From assembly GCA_019828565.1 (NCBI GenBank), contig JAHDYR010000062.1, positions 607,666 through 671,665 on the forward strand: DNA of 64,000 nt, given 5' to 3'. Positions 41,483 to 53,800 of this stretch are shown here, in pieces. The stretch is from Carpediemonas membranifera BICM (lineage: Eukaryota > Protista > Fornicata). Positions within the stretch are counted from its first letter, which is position 1, and the number at the start of each line of letters is the position of its first letter. The position numbers and the translations under genes were made by a program. Under the pieces are notes generated by a model that had not been told where the DNA came from, ran no database searches, and saw only the letters and a program-made list of their open reading frames with translations.

Positions 41483-43582
41483 TTGTTTGCAATGGAAAGA
41501 GAAGAAGCACAAGAAGATCAGCAAGACACCTCCACCCAGTGTATACAGGGGCTGACGGGCTCGATGAGCCGTCGGTGGATGAGGTGGGAGGCCCTCGGGG
41601 CCAGCAGGGAGGTGGTGCAACTGTTACGAGAGGGAGTGAAGGTCACCCCGGCAGCACCGGCGCTCAATGCGCACCTCCAGAAGGAGACAGACACGATGAA
41701 GGCTCTACTAGAGGAGCTACTGCAACAGAAAGCAATAGAGAAGGGCGAGGCGACGACAATATGCCCCCTGTTTACATTAGAGAAGAAGATCGCAGGCAGC
41801 TACCGTCTGATACACGACCTGAGACCGGTCAATGCATACCAAGAGGACCTAACATTCAGGCTGAGGGGCCTAGCAGAGATACAGCATGGCGTTCCGAGAA
41901 ACTCGTGGGGAATAACATTGGACATGAAGTCCGGGTACTACCAGCTCCTAGTGGAGGAGAACTCACGACAGGAACTCGGATTCTCGTTCGAGGGAGAACA
42001 ATACAGATGGAGAGGACTCCCTTTCGGCCTCTCAACGGCGCCACGGCAGTTTCAGTCGGTTACGTCACAGATGGCGAAGATCTTGCGCTCACTTCTCGAA
42101 GGACTGATAATATACGTGTATCTGGACGATCTGCTCATAATCAGTCGCTCGAGAGAGTCGTTGAGCGCCCAGGTCCCACGGATCTTAGAGATCTTGGACT
42201 CACTTGGAGTCGTCCTATCGAGAGAGAAGTGCCACTTGACCCCGTCCCAGAGGGTAACTTACTTGGGCGTGATAGTCGACTTGCGCGAGATGACGATGTC
42301 GCTGCCAGAGGAGAAGAGGGCTCAGTACAGCAGTCTCATAGCCAACCTGCAACTCAAGAGACACACAAAGCGGGACCTTCAGACCCTTCACGGAAAGCTA
42401 CTCTTCTGCCGGTTCGCACTAGGGACGCGGGCACTTGTCCGGCTCAGAGAGCTGCAGGTCAGGATCGCTGGCTGCGACGACCGAGTGCGGTACCCAAAGT
42501 CCAGCCTGCCCCAGGACCTACGAACGGACCTGCGGTGGTGGGCCAGACAGCTATCATCCGATCCGGCATGGTACTTCGGCCCAAGAGGCCAGGTACTTCG
42601 TATGGAGACCGACGCGTCGGACTATGCGTTCGGCGCGACGCTGTTTGTAGAAGACACGTCCCTCAACATCCAGGGCAGGTTCTCAGAGGCACAATGCTCC
42701 AAGAGCATCAACGCGAAGGAGCTATGGGCAATGGAGGAAGGCCTGCGGAGATGGACGAGCGACATTCAGGAGAGGGACCTACTCCTAGCCGGGGACAACA
42801 CATCAGCGCTTTCATGGGTCCTGAAGTCAAGCACCAGAGCTCCCCGACACATCAGAAGGACGATTGTGAAGCTTCACGACTACTTGTTCGAGATTGGCTG
42901 CAGGATAAGAACCAAGCACATTCCAGGGAGATACAACACGACTGCCGACGGGCTGTCCAGGTACCGGAAGCTGGACTGGAACTCACCCGCGGCGATGCTC
43001 CAGAGCGCGCTGGAACGATGGGGGTCAGTAGACCGATCACTCTTCTGCGCGGAGAGATTCCTGCCGGAGGACCACGACTTCCAGACGGACGCATTTACAT
43101 GCAATTGGTCAGAGATGAGGTCATTGGCGGTCCCACCAGTCAGCCTACTGGACAAGGTCATCGCCAGGGCGGAGGAGATCGCCACGTCAGACGAGACGCA
43201 CCCCGCACTGCAGCAGAGAGGCCTATTAGTCATCGCACCACAACGCAGGACGAACTCCAACGCCAGACTGGCAGCCATAGCACAGGACTGGTTCGAGGCA
43301 GCGTTCCCGACCAGCTGGTGGGCCCACACGGAGATAGGGAGCCTCTTCACAGGCAAGCAGAGAGCGACGTTCATAGCCTACTGGATCCCGATCGCCACAG
43401 AGACCTCGTCCTCACAGCCGGGGGAGTCCTGCAACAGAGAGCGAGAGAACGTATCGCCAGCGGAAGACAGGAGGAGCACAGGTGGCGAAGAAGCCCCAGA
43501 GAGTTCGAGACAGGCCTCAGAGATCAGATACTCGGAGCAGCACTCATCAGGGACCGGGAACGGAGCACCCGAGAGCGCATAG
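41483..43582 (+). CDS. DIRS-3 RT-RNase H-MT-like polyprotein (intact)
   Basis: YRLIHDLRPVN, LDMKSGYYQ, LPFGLSTAP, YLDD, TDAS, ADGLSR, LDWNSP..WGSVD..DAFTCNW..VPPV. Confidence 0.92.
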   Translation: MFAMEREEAQEDQQDTSTQCIQGLTGSMSRRWMRWEALGASREVVQLLREGVKVTPAAPALNAHLQKETDTMKALLEELLQQKAIEKGEATTICPLFTLEKKIAGSYRLIHDLRPVNAYQEDLTFRLRGLAEIQHGVPRNSWGITLDMKSGYYQLLVEENSRQELGFSFEGEQYRWRGLPFGLSTAPRQFQSVTSQMAKILRSLLEGLIIYVYLDDLLIISRSRESLSAQVPRILEILDSLGVVLSREKCHLTPSQRVTYLGVIVDLREMTMSLPEEKRAQYSSLIANLQLKRHTKRDLQTLHGKLLFCRFALGTRALVRLRELQVRIAGCDDRVRYPKSSLPQDLRTDLRWWARQLSSDPAWYFGPRGQVLRMETDASDYAFGATLFVEDTSLNIQGRFSEAQCSKSINAKELWAMEEGLRRWTSDIQERDLLLAGDNTSALSWVLKSSTRAPRHIRRTIVKLHDYLFEIGCRIRTKHIPGRYNTTADGLSRYRKLDWNSPAAMLQSALERWGSVDRSLFCAERFLPEDHDFQTDAFTCNWSEMRSLAVPPVSLLDKVIARAEEIATSDETHPALQQRGLLVIAPQRRTNSNARLAAIAQDWFEAAFPTSWWAHTEIGSLFTGKQRATFIAYWIPIATETSSSQPGESCNRERENVSPAEDRRSTGGEEAPESSRQASEIRYSEQHSSGTGNGAPESA

Positions 43583-44285
43583 CCGTGGAGACGGCAAAGT
43601 ACATCAGTTTTGCAGAACGTATGATGGAGGAAGAGGAGGAAGCTGGAGAGAACAGAGACACGGTAGGAGCAAGGGCAGAAACAGCCGTTTTCCTGGGCGA
43701 GATGGCACAACGCATTAGGGACGCAGACTGGAGAGCAGAAGTCGAAGAGATCGCACAGATGGCGCCTGATGACGACTACCTCCTACACTACATGATACAA
43801 GAGATCCCTTTCATTGCCAAGGACACATTCCTCGTCAAGGAAGCAAATATCAGGACTGGCCTAGAGTCGATCAACCATGGTCTGGAGAGCTCACCCATCC
43901 ACAGGGCTCTTATACGCGCGTGTGCAAGAATGGCCGGCAAATGCGAGCTCACTGTGGGTCGTAAGACTGGAAAGGCATACCCGGTGACAGTCGAGCAGCT
44001 GAAGAGAGCAGCAGCCGCGGCGCGCAAGACCAAGTCACCGGCGCTCACGCAGGCAGTAGCCTTCGGACTGACGTGCTTCTCCACCGTCAGCAGATCAGGG
44101 GAGATAATGAGCTTACTCACGACCGACGTTCGGCGGGTGAGAGAGGGCTACGAGATCACTATTCGAAGATCCAAGACCAGGGATGAGCCCATGGTGAAGC
44201 TGATCCCACTACTAGCAGCAGGAGGCTTAAGCCCAGCCAAGTGGCTGAGAGCACACCTCAACGACATTCAGACGGAAGGACCCCT

Positions 44286-47200
44286 TGTGACGCGGTCCAC
44301 TCCCTCTTCTTCCCCGCAGTTTAAGTAAATCGTTCAACGTCCCAGCACAGTGATCACTGCTGAACTAATGTTGATCCAACCGCAACCTAGACTGAATCAG
44401 TTTACTCTCCAAGAAGCCCAAAGCTTCACCAGACAATTCAGGTTCTACAAAACCCACTACACCACGGCTCAAAACAGCCCCACAGTTCTCCAGTGCCTCA
44501 CTCTTAACCAAATCGAACACCTCCGTTTCACCTCTGGTGTAGAGAACCTGGAAACTTCATCCGACGACGAACTTTTGGACCTCATCAACCGTGTTTGTCG
44601 CCCCCGTACATTAGCCGCCACCATCCGCGCTATTGAGGCTCTTCAGCAGGATACCAAAATCTCCACCCTCGAAGGAGTCTCCAAACTCATCGCCGAGTTC
44701 CGCGAATGGCGCTCCCATGCCCAGAAGCTCCTCTCTGACACCGACGACGCTGAAGAAAGCGATTCAGAGAGTGACCCCGACATTCAGGCCCTTAATGCCA
44801 CACTGCAAGGCCAGAATGAGCGTCAGGACAACCCAGAACCCGAAAGCAAGAACCCGCCGCCCACTCAGACTCCGAGCGCCCACCGTGGTCTTGATAAGAT
44901 CATTACGAAGCTCTTCTTCAAGGCCCTTCGCCCTAGATCTCTGTCCACCGCCGTCGAACGCGACTGGCAGCTGCAAGGCCGCCGCCACGGGTTCGAGAAG
45001 CTACTCTCAACGACCCGATCCAGGCTCATCGACGCCATCGACGCAAAGGAGGAGCACGGAGACATCATCGAGAATCTCTCAACGCTCTCCGTCAGCGCCC
45101 CCGTCACCAAGACGCCCGCCACTCGCCCGCCTAGAGGCCCCCCAGGCCCATGCTCCTGCGGCAAGTGGCATTGGAAGTCGGACTGCCCCCAGCGTGCCCA
45201 CAACACCGGCAGGGCAGGCCAAAGGAACACCCAAGCCCATGCCCCCGCCAGTTCAGGCGCCCAAGCCGCTGGCGGAAACTCATCCGGCGCCTCCACGGCG
45301 CCGCCCATAAGCCGACCCCCAACAACGCCGAAAATAGACCCACGCCCCACTCAGGCACCTCAGGGGAGCGCCGCGCCGGCCACATGCACCTGCGCGATCG
45401 CTCTCAACTTCACAACTCACGCCAAGTCAACAACGTCGATTGCAACGAGGTTCAGAACGAAAGTTGCAATTACGGCGCAGCTTTCACGGTTTCGGGCTCT
45501 ATTAATGAGCAAGAGCAACAACTCACCATCGATAGCGGCTCCGCGGTCACCATTGTTTCACGTTCGATCGCAAACCGCCTGAAAATGGAAGAGCACGCCG
45601 CAGAGAAGCCATTTACCGTCCATACCGCCACACAACAAGAGGTTCTCATCACTCACTACGTCAAAGCCCGCGTAACACTCCCCAGCACATCTGGCAAGGT
45701 TATCGTCAACGACCTGGTGTTGTACCTGATGGACCGTCACACAGGTGTCCTCATCGGCTGCGACACGCTCAGGAAGCTTGGGTACCTTTCTGACCGCGGA
45801 CTCTACATTCCCCTCGTCCCGGACACACGTCCCGATGATGCGACGGACGGACTCCCCCAACACCGCTACCTCGACGCTGAGGTCAACGCCGTAACCCCTA
45901 CACCCGTCGGCGATCCTTTCAGCAGTGCATGCGAGGTCTTAGAGCTATCCACGCCAGAGCATACAGCGGAGCTCCACGCCATCCTCCGACAGTATGATCA
46001 CCTCTTTGACCCGGTCATCGCCAAGGAGCCTTGCTCATTCGCCCCTATGAGCATCAAGCTCTATGAGAACGCTCCTCCCATCCGCATGCGACCCCGGAAC
46101 ATACACCCGGACAAGCTCGAGTGGCTCCTACCCTACGTCGAGAAGCTACGCCTCGATGGCATCACTCAGCCTTCAGAAGGCCCATACGCCAGCCCAATCG
46201 TACTCGTTGCTAAGGGTGAAGCCTATCGCCTCTGCATAGACTACACCAAGCTGAACTCTTGGACGGTACCCGACCACCACCCCATCCCGAACATGCGTGA
46301 CCTACTACACCTCGCCTCCGGCTGCGGCCGCTTCGCCTGCTTAGACCTCACGTCAGGCTACTGGCAGGTCGCCATGTCACACCAAGACACACCCAAGACA
46401 GCCTTCACAGCGCCTGGCGTTTATGAAGAGTTCAAACGCATGCCCTTTGGCCTCTGCAATGCCCCAAGCCATTTCCAACGCGAGATAGAGACGCTCTTAG
46501 CACCCCACCTCTACAAGGGCATCAACCCTTACATTGACGACATCTTCCTCTACGCGAAGGACGACGATGACTTCCTCCGTCTCCTCAGGGCCCTCTTCGA
46601 GAAGGCAGACCTCGCAAACCTTCGCTTTAGCGCCCCGAAATGCGTGTTCGGGACTAAGCGAGCCGTCATGGTTGGCTTCATAGTCGACCAGGAGGGCATA
46701 CATGTGGACCCCAAGCGCACACAGGCCTTGCGAGACCTCCCCTCCCCCACCAACGTGCATGAGCTGCGAACTGTCCTGGGACAGTTTCAGTTCCTCGCCT
46801 CGTTTACAACACATCACCGTCATGAGCTTATGAAGCCTCTCACCGACCTCCTCCAGAAGGACTGTCCATGGGACTGGACGGAGGAGCGAGAGAAGGCCTT
46901 CATCGAGCTCAAGGCACTCTTCACAGACGACCTATACATCGCCCACCCAGACCCAGCCGCCGACTGGATCCTGGAGACCGACGCCTCGAACGTTGGAGCG
47001 GGCGGTGTGCTGTGGCAAGTGAAAGATGACTCAACTCAGGTCTTAGCGTACTACTCACACACCTTTAACGCAACCCAGTCACGCTGGGCGACCTGCGAAC
47101 AAGAGCTCTTCGCGATTGTGTTCTGCCTGACGCACCCCAGCTTGACCCAGCTCCTCAGACTCAAGCACTTCAAGCTCCGCACTGACCACAGCAACCTCAT

Positions 47201-48836
47201 CTATATGCTGTATAAGTCATCCATGAACGATAAGATTAATCGTTGGAGACTCACCCTAGCAGACTTCCGGTTCGACATTGAGCATGTCCCAGGCCAACAT
47301 AACACCGTTGCGGATGCCCTCAGCCGTTGTGGCCACGTCCCTGTCCCCGTTGCCGCGCTCAAAATCACAACAGACCCCGGTACACGGAACAGCTCGCCAA
47401 ACACCAGAGCACGGACCCGACAACCAGCAACATCACGCCGGACGCTGACGGCCTCCGCCGCAAGGACGGCTTAGTAGTCATACCGAAAGAGAAGTGCTTA
47501 CCACTCCGCCGGGAGCTCATGACAATCGCCCATCGCGGCCACCATGGCGTCGCTGCCACCTTGTCCCGACTCAAGCGAGAGGGATACACTTGGTCAGGCT
47601 GTGAGGCTGACATCGAAGCGTTCATAGCCGAGTGTGACGAGTGTCAGAAGGCCCGCCTACGGAACTTTGCGGAAGCGACGATGCAGACGACGGCAGTTTA
47701 CAAACCTTTCCACACTGTCGCCGTAGACACAATTGGCCCGATCCCCTCTGACGCATACGGCGCACGCTACATAACCGTCATGGTTGACATGTTCTCGCGT
47801 TACACCGAGCTCGCAGCCACTCAGGAGAACACGGCTGACGCCGCCGCCAACGCTATCTGGACCCAGGTCATCACCCGTCATGGTACCCCACTCTTCGTCA
47901 AGTCAGACAATGGCCCAGAGTACACCGGCAAGATCGTCCAGACACTCCTCGAGAACGCCGAGATTACCCAACAGTTCACACTTCCATACCATCCGCAGTC
48001 AAACGGCCTAGTAGAGCGCCGCAACGCGGAAGTGATGAAGCTGGTGCGATGCCTGGCGCTGCAGTTTGACAAGTTCGACAATTGGAGCACCCTCTTGCCT
48101 GTCGTTCAACTCCTCCTCAACACCACCATCTGCTCAGCGACCGGTATCACCCCGCACGCAATGCTGTACGGCGACCACATGGACCCAAGCGCCACCGTCG
48201 CAAAGATCATCAACGCCACAGCCTCCACACCAGACACACCTATTTCAACGGCTGCCATCTACGTCAAACAACTTCGAGGCCATCTCGATAAGCTTGCCTC
48301 TAGGGCGGCCGAGAGACAGAAGTCAACCGTCGAAAAGCGCCTGAGTAAGCGCAACGCCGACCGCGAAGACACCCCCTTCCATGCGGGTGACCTGGCCCTT
48401 CTCAACAGAACCAAGACACCTAAGCTGCACGGCTTCAAGGGCCCCTTTAAGATCCTCGCAATCCTAGACAACCACGCAGTCCGCCTCGTAGACCTGTTCG
48501 AGGGTGAGCCATTCGTGGCCCACCGGGACCAGCTCATCCGTTTCAAGACACGCAGCGGCCTTCAGCGCCTCAAGGCCCTGGCCGCCTCGGACGACCAGTC
48601 GTACGAAGTCGAAGATATCAAGAAGCACCGCCGTAAGAACGGCACGCTCGAACTACTGACCCAGTGGGTCGGGTATGACGAGCCCACGTGGGAGCCGGCC
48701 TCCAACCTGCGACACGTTGCCGTTGCCCGCGACTATCTCAAGAAGCATAAGCTCAAGCTTAGGGAGGCAGGATGTGACGCGGTCCACTCCCTCTTCTTCC
48801 CCGCAGTTTAAGTAAATCGTTCAACGTCCCAGCACA
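44286..48836 (+). mobile_element. Ty3/gypsy chromodomain LTR retrotransposon, family B copy 2
   Basis: 64-bp LTRs 44286-44349 and 48773-48836; 4-bp TSD CCCT (44282-44285, 48837-48840); PPT AGGGAGGCAGGA at 48761-48772; near-identical inverted copy of 7687-12234. Confidence 0.95.
44368..48811 (+). CDS. Family B copy 2 gag-pol (frameshifts near 45308 and 47378)
   Basis: ORFs 44350-45582, 45150-47474 and 47327-48811; same domains as copy 1. Confidence 0.85.
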
Positions 48837-49731
48837 CCCTGTGGAGATCCATACAGCACACCGAGAGCCTGCTGAGAGACAACTGCCTTCCACTGACAGC
48901 AACAAGGTGGCGCAGATGGGAGATGATCATGGACGTCAACGAGGTCTTCAAGGCAACAGGACACAGCTTCAGACGTGGAGCCGTCGTTCACATGATCGAT
49001 GAAGGGCGTTCCCCATGTGGTTCAATGGGTGTTGAACTTTTACTGAGGAGAAGACTCGACACAAGGGTGTCGAGGAGAAACTCCTTGACTATTAAATATA
49101 ACGTAAATCTGTGTAACTTTGGGTAGGACCCACAACACTGCCCCTCCATGCCTGGTATAGGCATGACAGAGAGACTTGACGTCAGCATTTCACCAAAGGC
49201 CTGGACGGTGCCACCCGACCGCCAACGGTGACTCATAGGGCTGGCAACCCCATGGCCTGAGTGCTTTCGCATCTAGCTGAACGAAATCAAAATGATGGTA
49301 TCATGATCTAACTGCGGTACCGCTATGTGAGCTCTGTTTCAAAAATGGTGAAACGTGACGGAGAGGCTTACCACTGCCCCTCCACGGCCTTCCTAGGCCG
49401 TCTTCACAAACCTTATACGTGTTATATGCCATTCCATGTAATTCGAAGGCCAAGAACGATTGCTCTAGCAAACACTGCCAATGCTGAGCCCTTATCGCTC
49501 ATAATCACACAGACGCCGAAAAACGTACTTAGAAGCTCCAATTCGGCTCCGTTGAGGAGTTCTGAGGCTTCTAATTTTCTGCGTCCAACTGTACTTGAAT
49601 AACAACATCAAACTGACCGGAAGGAGCACTAGGAAGCTCCTAATGCCTTATTACCGACAATAAATGCATGCTTGAAGACTAAGATGACCTTGTTAGTTGT
49701 TCCTTCGACCGTTTCCGAGAAATGTGCAGGA

Positions 49732-50838
49732 TATGTCGCCGTCAACTCATTTGATGTCGGACAACACAGCCGTAGAGGCCGTTCTGAAGGAAATTCGTGC
49801 CAAAATCACCGAACTTGGTGATGACGATCTGGCTAGGCCACTTATTGTTGCCCATACGTCCGTTTGTCGTTCCCTTCGCGCTCAGAAGTATCGTGGACGC
49901 AAGCGCATGGTCACCGACAATCTGTAAGTAACAAACATCAACCGTGAGGTTATATAGTCACCGCGTGCAAGCCTCAGAACGCATCACTCGCACCCTGACG
50001 ATGACGACTCTGATGCCCCACGACATCAAGGCCGAGGTTGCCCGACGCCTGGAAGGTTACACCAACTCCATCGAGCTGCCGCTCCAGCGAATCTTTGACG
50101 CTATTGAGCAAGGTCGTCTGAACGACGCAGCCGTAGTGCAGGACGTGAAGCTGACCCAGCAGGTCTTGGCTCTCGTGGCTCACTGCCAGGTCGCGCTTGC
50201 CGGTGTGAGGGCCCACCTCAAGCTCGGCAAGAAGCGCTTGACCGATGGCGACATCGTGTCGGCCGCGATCCGGGGCCGCGACATCACGCTGGGTGGGTCT
50301 TCACCCGGTAATGGTCACTACTCTGCAGCTCTCGTGGCGGCTGTGCGGACTGCCGGCGGGGTCAAGTCGGACACTACAGCGCGCGGATATCTTAACCGCC
50401 TGTTGGTCCTCGTCCTCGCACCGGACTACTTCCGTGTCGCTGTCTACGGCATCAGCCGGCGCATCCCGGCTCCCAACGACTTCTGGGCAACCCTGGTCAG
50501 CCGCTTGTGCCACGACGGCTACCTGCCCGCCATTGGCGATGAGGCTCACTGGGGAGCCGCTTCAGGTCTCTGATCCGGACCGCTACTACACTGTCACGTG
50601 CGTAGTCCGTCACGAGTATCTGAAGACGACTTGTGGTCCCGGGTCTTTTGTGTTGATCCTGCAGTATGACGGATACTCGGGACTCAGCATCGTGTCCCTC
50701 AACGCTGATCTCTGCCTTGTCCGGTGTGTGCGAGAGTACTTGGCTGAGAACGCCCTTGAGCGCCACGCTGACCCGACTTGGTTGGTCGAGCTGACGGACA
50801 CGGAGGAGACGGAAGACGAGGAATCTAGCTCTGAATAA
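49732..50838 (+). CDS. Antisense accessory gene of family C: probable 34-nt intron and C-terminal chromodomain-like segment
   Basis: GTAAGT..TATAG intron 49924-49957 joins ORF 49697-49927 in frame to ORF 49944-50573. A 1-nt shift in GGGG (~50551) would join to YYTVTCVVRH..LILQYDGY..VREYL. Confidence 0.5.
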
Positions 50839-50880
50839 ATCGTTTGTTCCTCGAGGATACAGCTTCGATGTTGAGAAGTT

Positions 50881-53800
50881 TTACAGACCGTCACGCTTGG
50901 CTTGGTCAGACTTCAAATATGTATCGAGGGCTTCCAAATCTTTGACGTGCGAATAAGGTTCGAATGAAGCCTCTGAATCCTCGAATCCGACCCAGTGTAC
51001 GAGGTACTCGCGCCTTGACTTGGGGCCCGAGCCTCTAGAGCGTGAGATGCGCTCGACATGCCACTCATCGACGGAAGCGGCTGCGAGGTCATAGATCTGT
51101 TGCTCCGAGAGCTTGCCTGGGTCAAATCTTCGCACACGTGCCGCGTCTACCTTGATAGTTGGACCGTCCGCTGACTGACTGAGGTCTTGGACCTCATATG
51201 CGACGACAACACCATCACGTTTGACGGCTGCGACACGCCTCATGGGGCCGCGCCAGCCCGGGGCTAGCTTGCTCGGTGGTCTTGGGTAGTATTTGACCAG
51301 CACGAAACGGCTCAATATCTCGCTTCTCGATGAGGTTGCCTTTGCGAGAGCGTCTTCGCGCATGGCTCTAATCCTTGCTTTGGCGAGTTGGATGGCGGCA
51401 TCGGCTGCGGCTAGCTTCGACTGTGGCGGACCAGCCGAGGCGGCATCCGTGATATAGATCGATGACGGTATTGATAAATTGGCGCCAAACATGATCTCGG
51501 CCGGAGTCAACCGGGTCGGGATCCTGGGCATTGAGTTGACCAAGAATTGGGCGACTGGTAGGTGTGCTACCCAATCGTTATTCCTTAACTCCAGCTTCCT
51601 GGCTCTGAGGATGCGTTCGACCTCCTTGTTCGCGCGTTCGACGACACCGTTGCTCTGGGGATGGTATGCTGTCGTTATGTGGACGTCGAACCCCATCTCT
51701 TCGGAGAGGCGTTTGAACAGAGCGTTTTTGAACTCTGAGCCCCCATCCGATTGGACGACTTCGGGGCATCCGTATCGTAGAATCCAGGTGTTGACCAATG
51801 CGTTGGCTGCGTCTTTGGCTGAGGTGCTGTTGACCGGGACTAGCTCTGTCCAGCGGGAGCACATGTCGATCATTACTGTCACGTAGGACAGGCCGTTGAC
51901 CGTCGGTAGCGGACCCATGGTGTCAATGGCCACACGCCGGAACGGGAGGTCTACAGCTGTATGCAGGCCGTCGGGCGTATCAACAGGAGGGCGGGCCAAG
52001 ACTTGGCACTCTGGACACGCGGTAATCACGTCGTCTACGACTTGACGGGAGACAGACAAACCGTCGGCCCTAAGTTGCTCGGTTGTCATCCGGCGAGACA
52101 GATGAGCTCCTGCTGTGAGATGAGCGCGGGATACCTGATCCCTCGACGCCTGTTGCATGGAGAATACTCTCGAGAGACCGTCGGCTCCACCGTTGTCCAG
52201 ACCGGCGATGTGCTGTAGGGTGAAATCTAAATCGGCGATCGAATCAGCCCACCGGCGGACCTTGGCGTTGGTGGACCGGTACATATAGAGTAGGTTCCGG
52301 TGATCCGTGAGAATAGTAAAGCTCTCCCAGCACAGGAACTTGCGCCATCGTTGTAACGCTGCGACGATAGCGTAGGCTTCTTTCTCACCGGTACACCAGC
52401 GTGACTGGACGTCGTTGAACGCACGCGACATATAGCAAACTGGTCGGCCCTCTTGGAGTAAGACTGCTCCGTACCCGACATCGGATGCGTCAGTCATGAC
52501 AGTGTGAGGCTTAGTCGCGTCGAACATGGCTAGAGCGTCGGCCGAACATAAAGCTTGTTTCAGATCGTCCAGCGACTTCTGAAGAACGTCTCGAGGGGGT
52601 CTGCCGACCGGACATGGCGTCTAGCAGAGGCTTAGCTCGGACCGCGAAGTTGGGTATGTAATCGCGGAAATAGTTGAGGAATCCGTTGAGACCCTGCATG
52701 CCCTTCGTGGATGAAGACAGCTTGAGGTTCGCGATATCTTCGGTCCGCTGGGGTGAGATCTTCACGCTGCCTTGGGATATGATCCACCCGAGGAACTCGA
52801 CCTCTTGCCGACCGAACTGGCACTTATCTCGGCCGAGCTGAAGGTTAAGCTTGTCAACGCGTTGCATGACTTTTTCGAGGTTTCCCAGGTACTCGTCCTC
52901 ATCCGCACCCATGACGATGATGTCATCAATGTATATGACACAGGCGGAGCCCACCAGACCCTTGAACCCGTCTTCCATCGCCCTCTGGAAGTACGCTCCG
53001 GCGTTACGTAAGCCGAAGGGCATCCGTGTATATTGGTATTGACCAAAAACAGTACGGAAGGCGGTTAGGTGACGGCACCGTTCAGAAAGAGGGATCTGAT
53101 GGTATCCTGCTGACAAGTCTAGGGTAGCGAACACAGACTTTCCGGACAGTTGAGTGAGAACTTCGTCTATGCGAGGGATGGGGTAGTCGAATGGTTCCGT
53201 TAGTTGATTGATCTCGCGGAAGTCGACGACAAAACGCGTCTTTCCCCCCTTCTTTGGAACTATGATGGTAGGGCTCGCGTATTGAGACTGGCATGCCTCG
53301 ATGTAGCGCTTTGCCAGGAGCGTATTAATGTGCTCTTGAATGATCGGGACTTTCGGCGGGGGAACATAGTACGGCCGAATGTGTACGACTCTGTCGCCCT
53401 TGAGGACCAAATCATACGGTTCGAGCCGGCTTGGCTCGGTACGGTCCACGAATGTCCGGGCGTAACGCTTGAGGATGTCGGCCTGCCTCTGAGAAAAGGA
53501 AGAGGACATGGCTCTGGCTTGCGCGACGTACTTCTCGAATGTAGGTGGTTCGTCGCTGGCTGCGAGCTCGCTGGTAGGCTCAGACAACGAAGGGAGAAGG
53601 CCGATCTCCACCATCTGAGGGTAACCCAGGCATACATCGAAAGCGGTCGACAGGACGTAGGCCTTAATAGTGATAGAGCATCCGCGCGGAGTGAATGGCG
53701 AGGGCGCTAAGACGAGGCGGAAGGATACCTGACCATCGGCCTCTCTGACGCCGCCCACTGTCTCGATAAGTGTCTTCTCGTGTGAGATCCACTTCACTGC

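Noticed and set aside
47327-47474. Programmed -1 frameshift between RNase H and integrase, shared by both family B copies
   Set aside because: Adding one C to GACCCC restores the frame (D-P-R-Y-T). There is no clear slippery heptamer, and most other frameshifts in the window also fall in homopolymers. A systematic sequencing error or an inherited mutation is more likely; raw reads are needed.
7687-48836. Large inversion between the two inverted family B copies
   Set aside because: Copy 2 retains both DIRS-3 flanks with a matching TSD, and family A is colinear around copy 1, so the flanks are not reciprocally exchanged.
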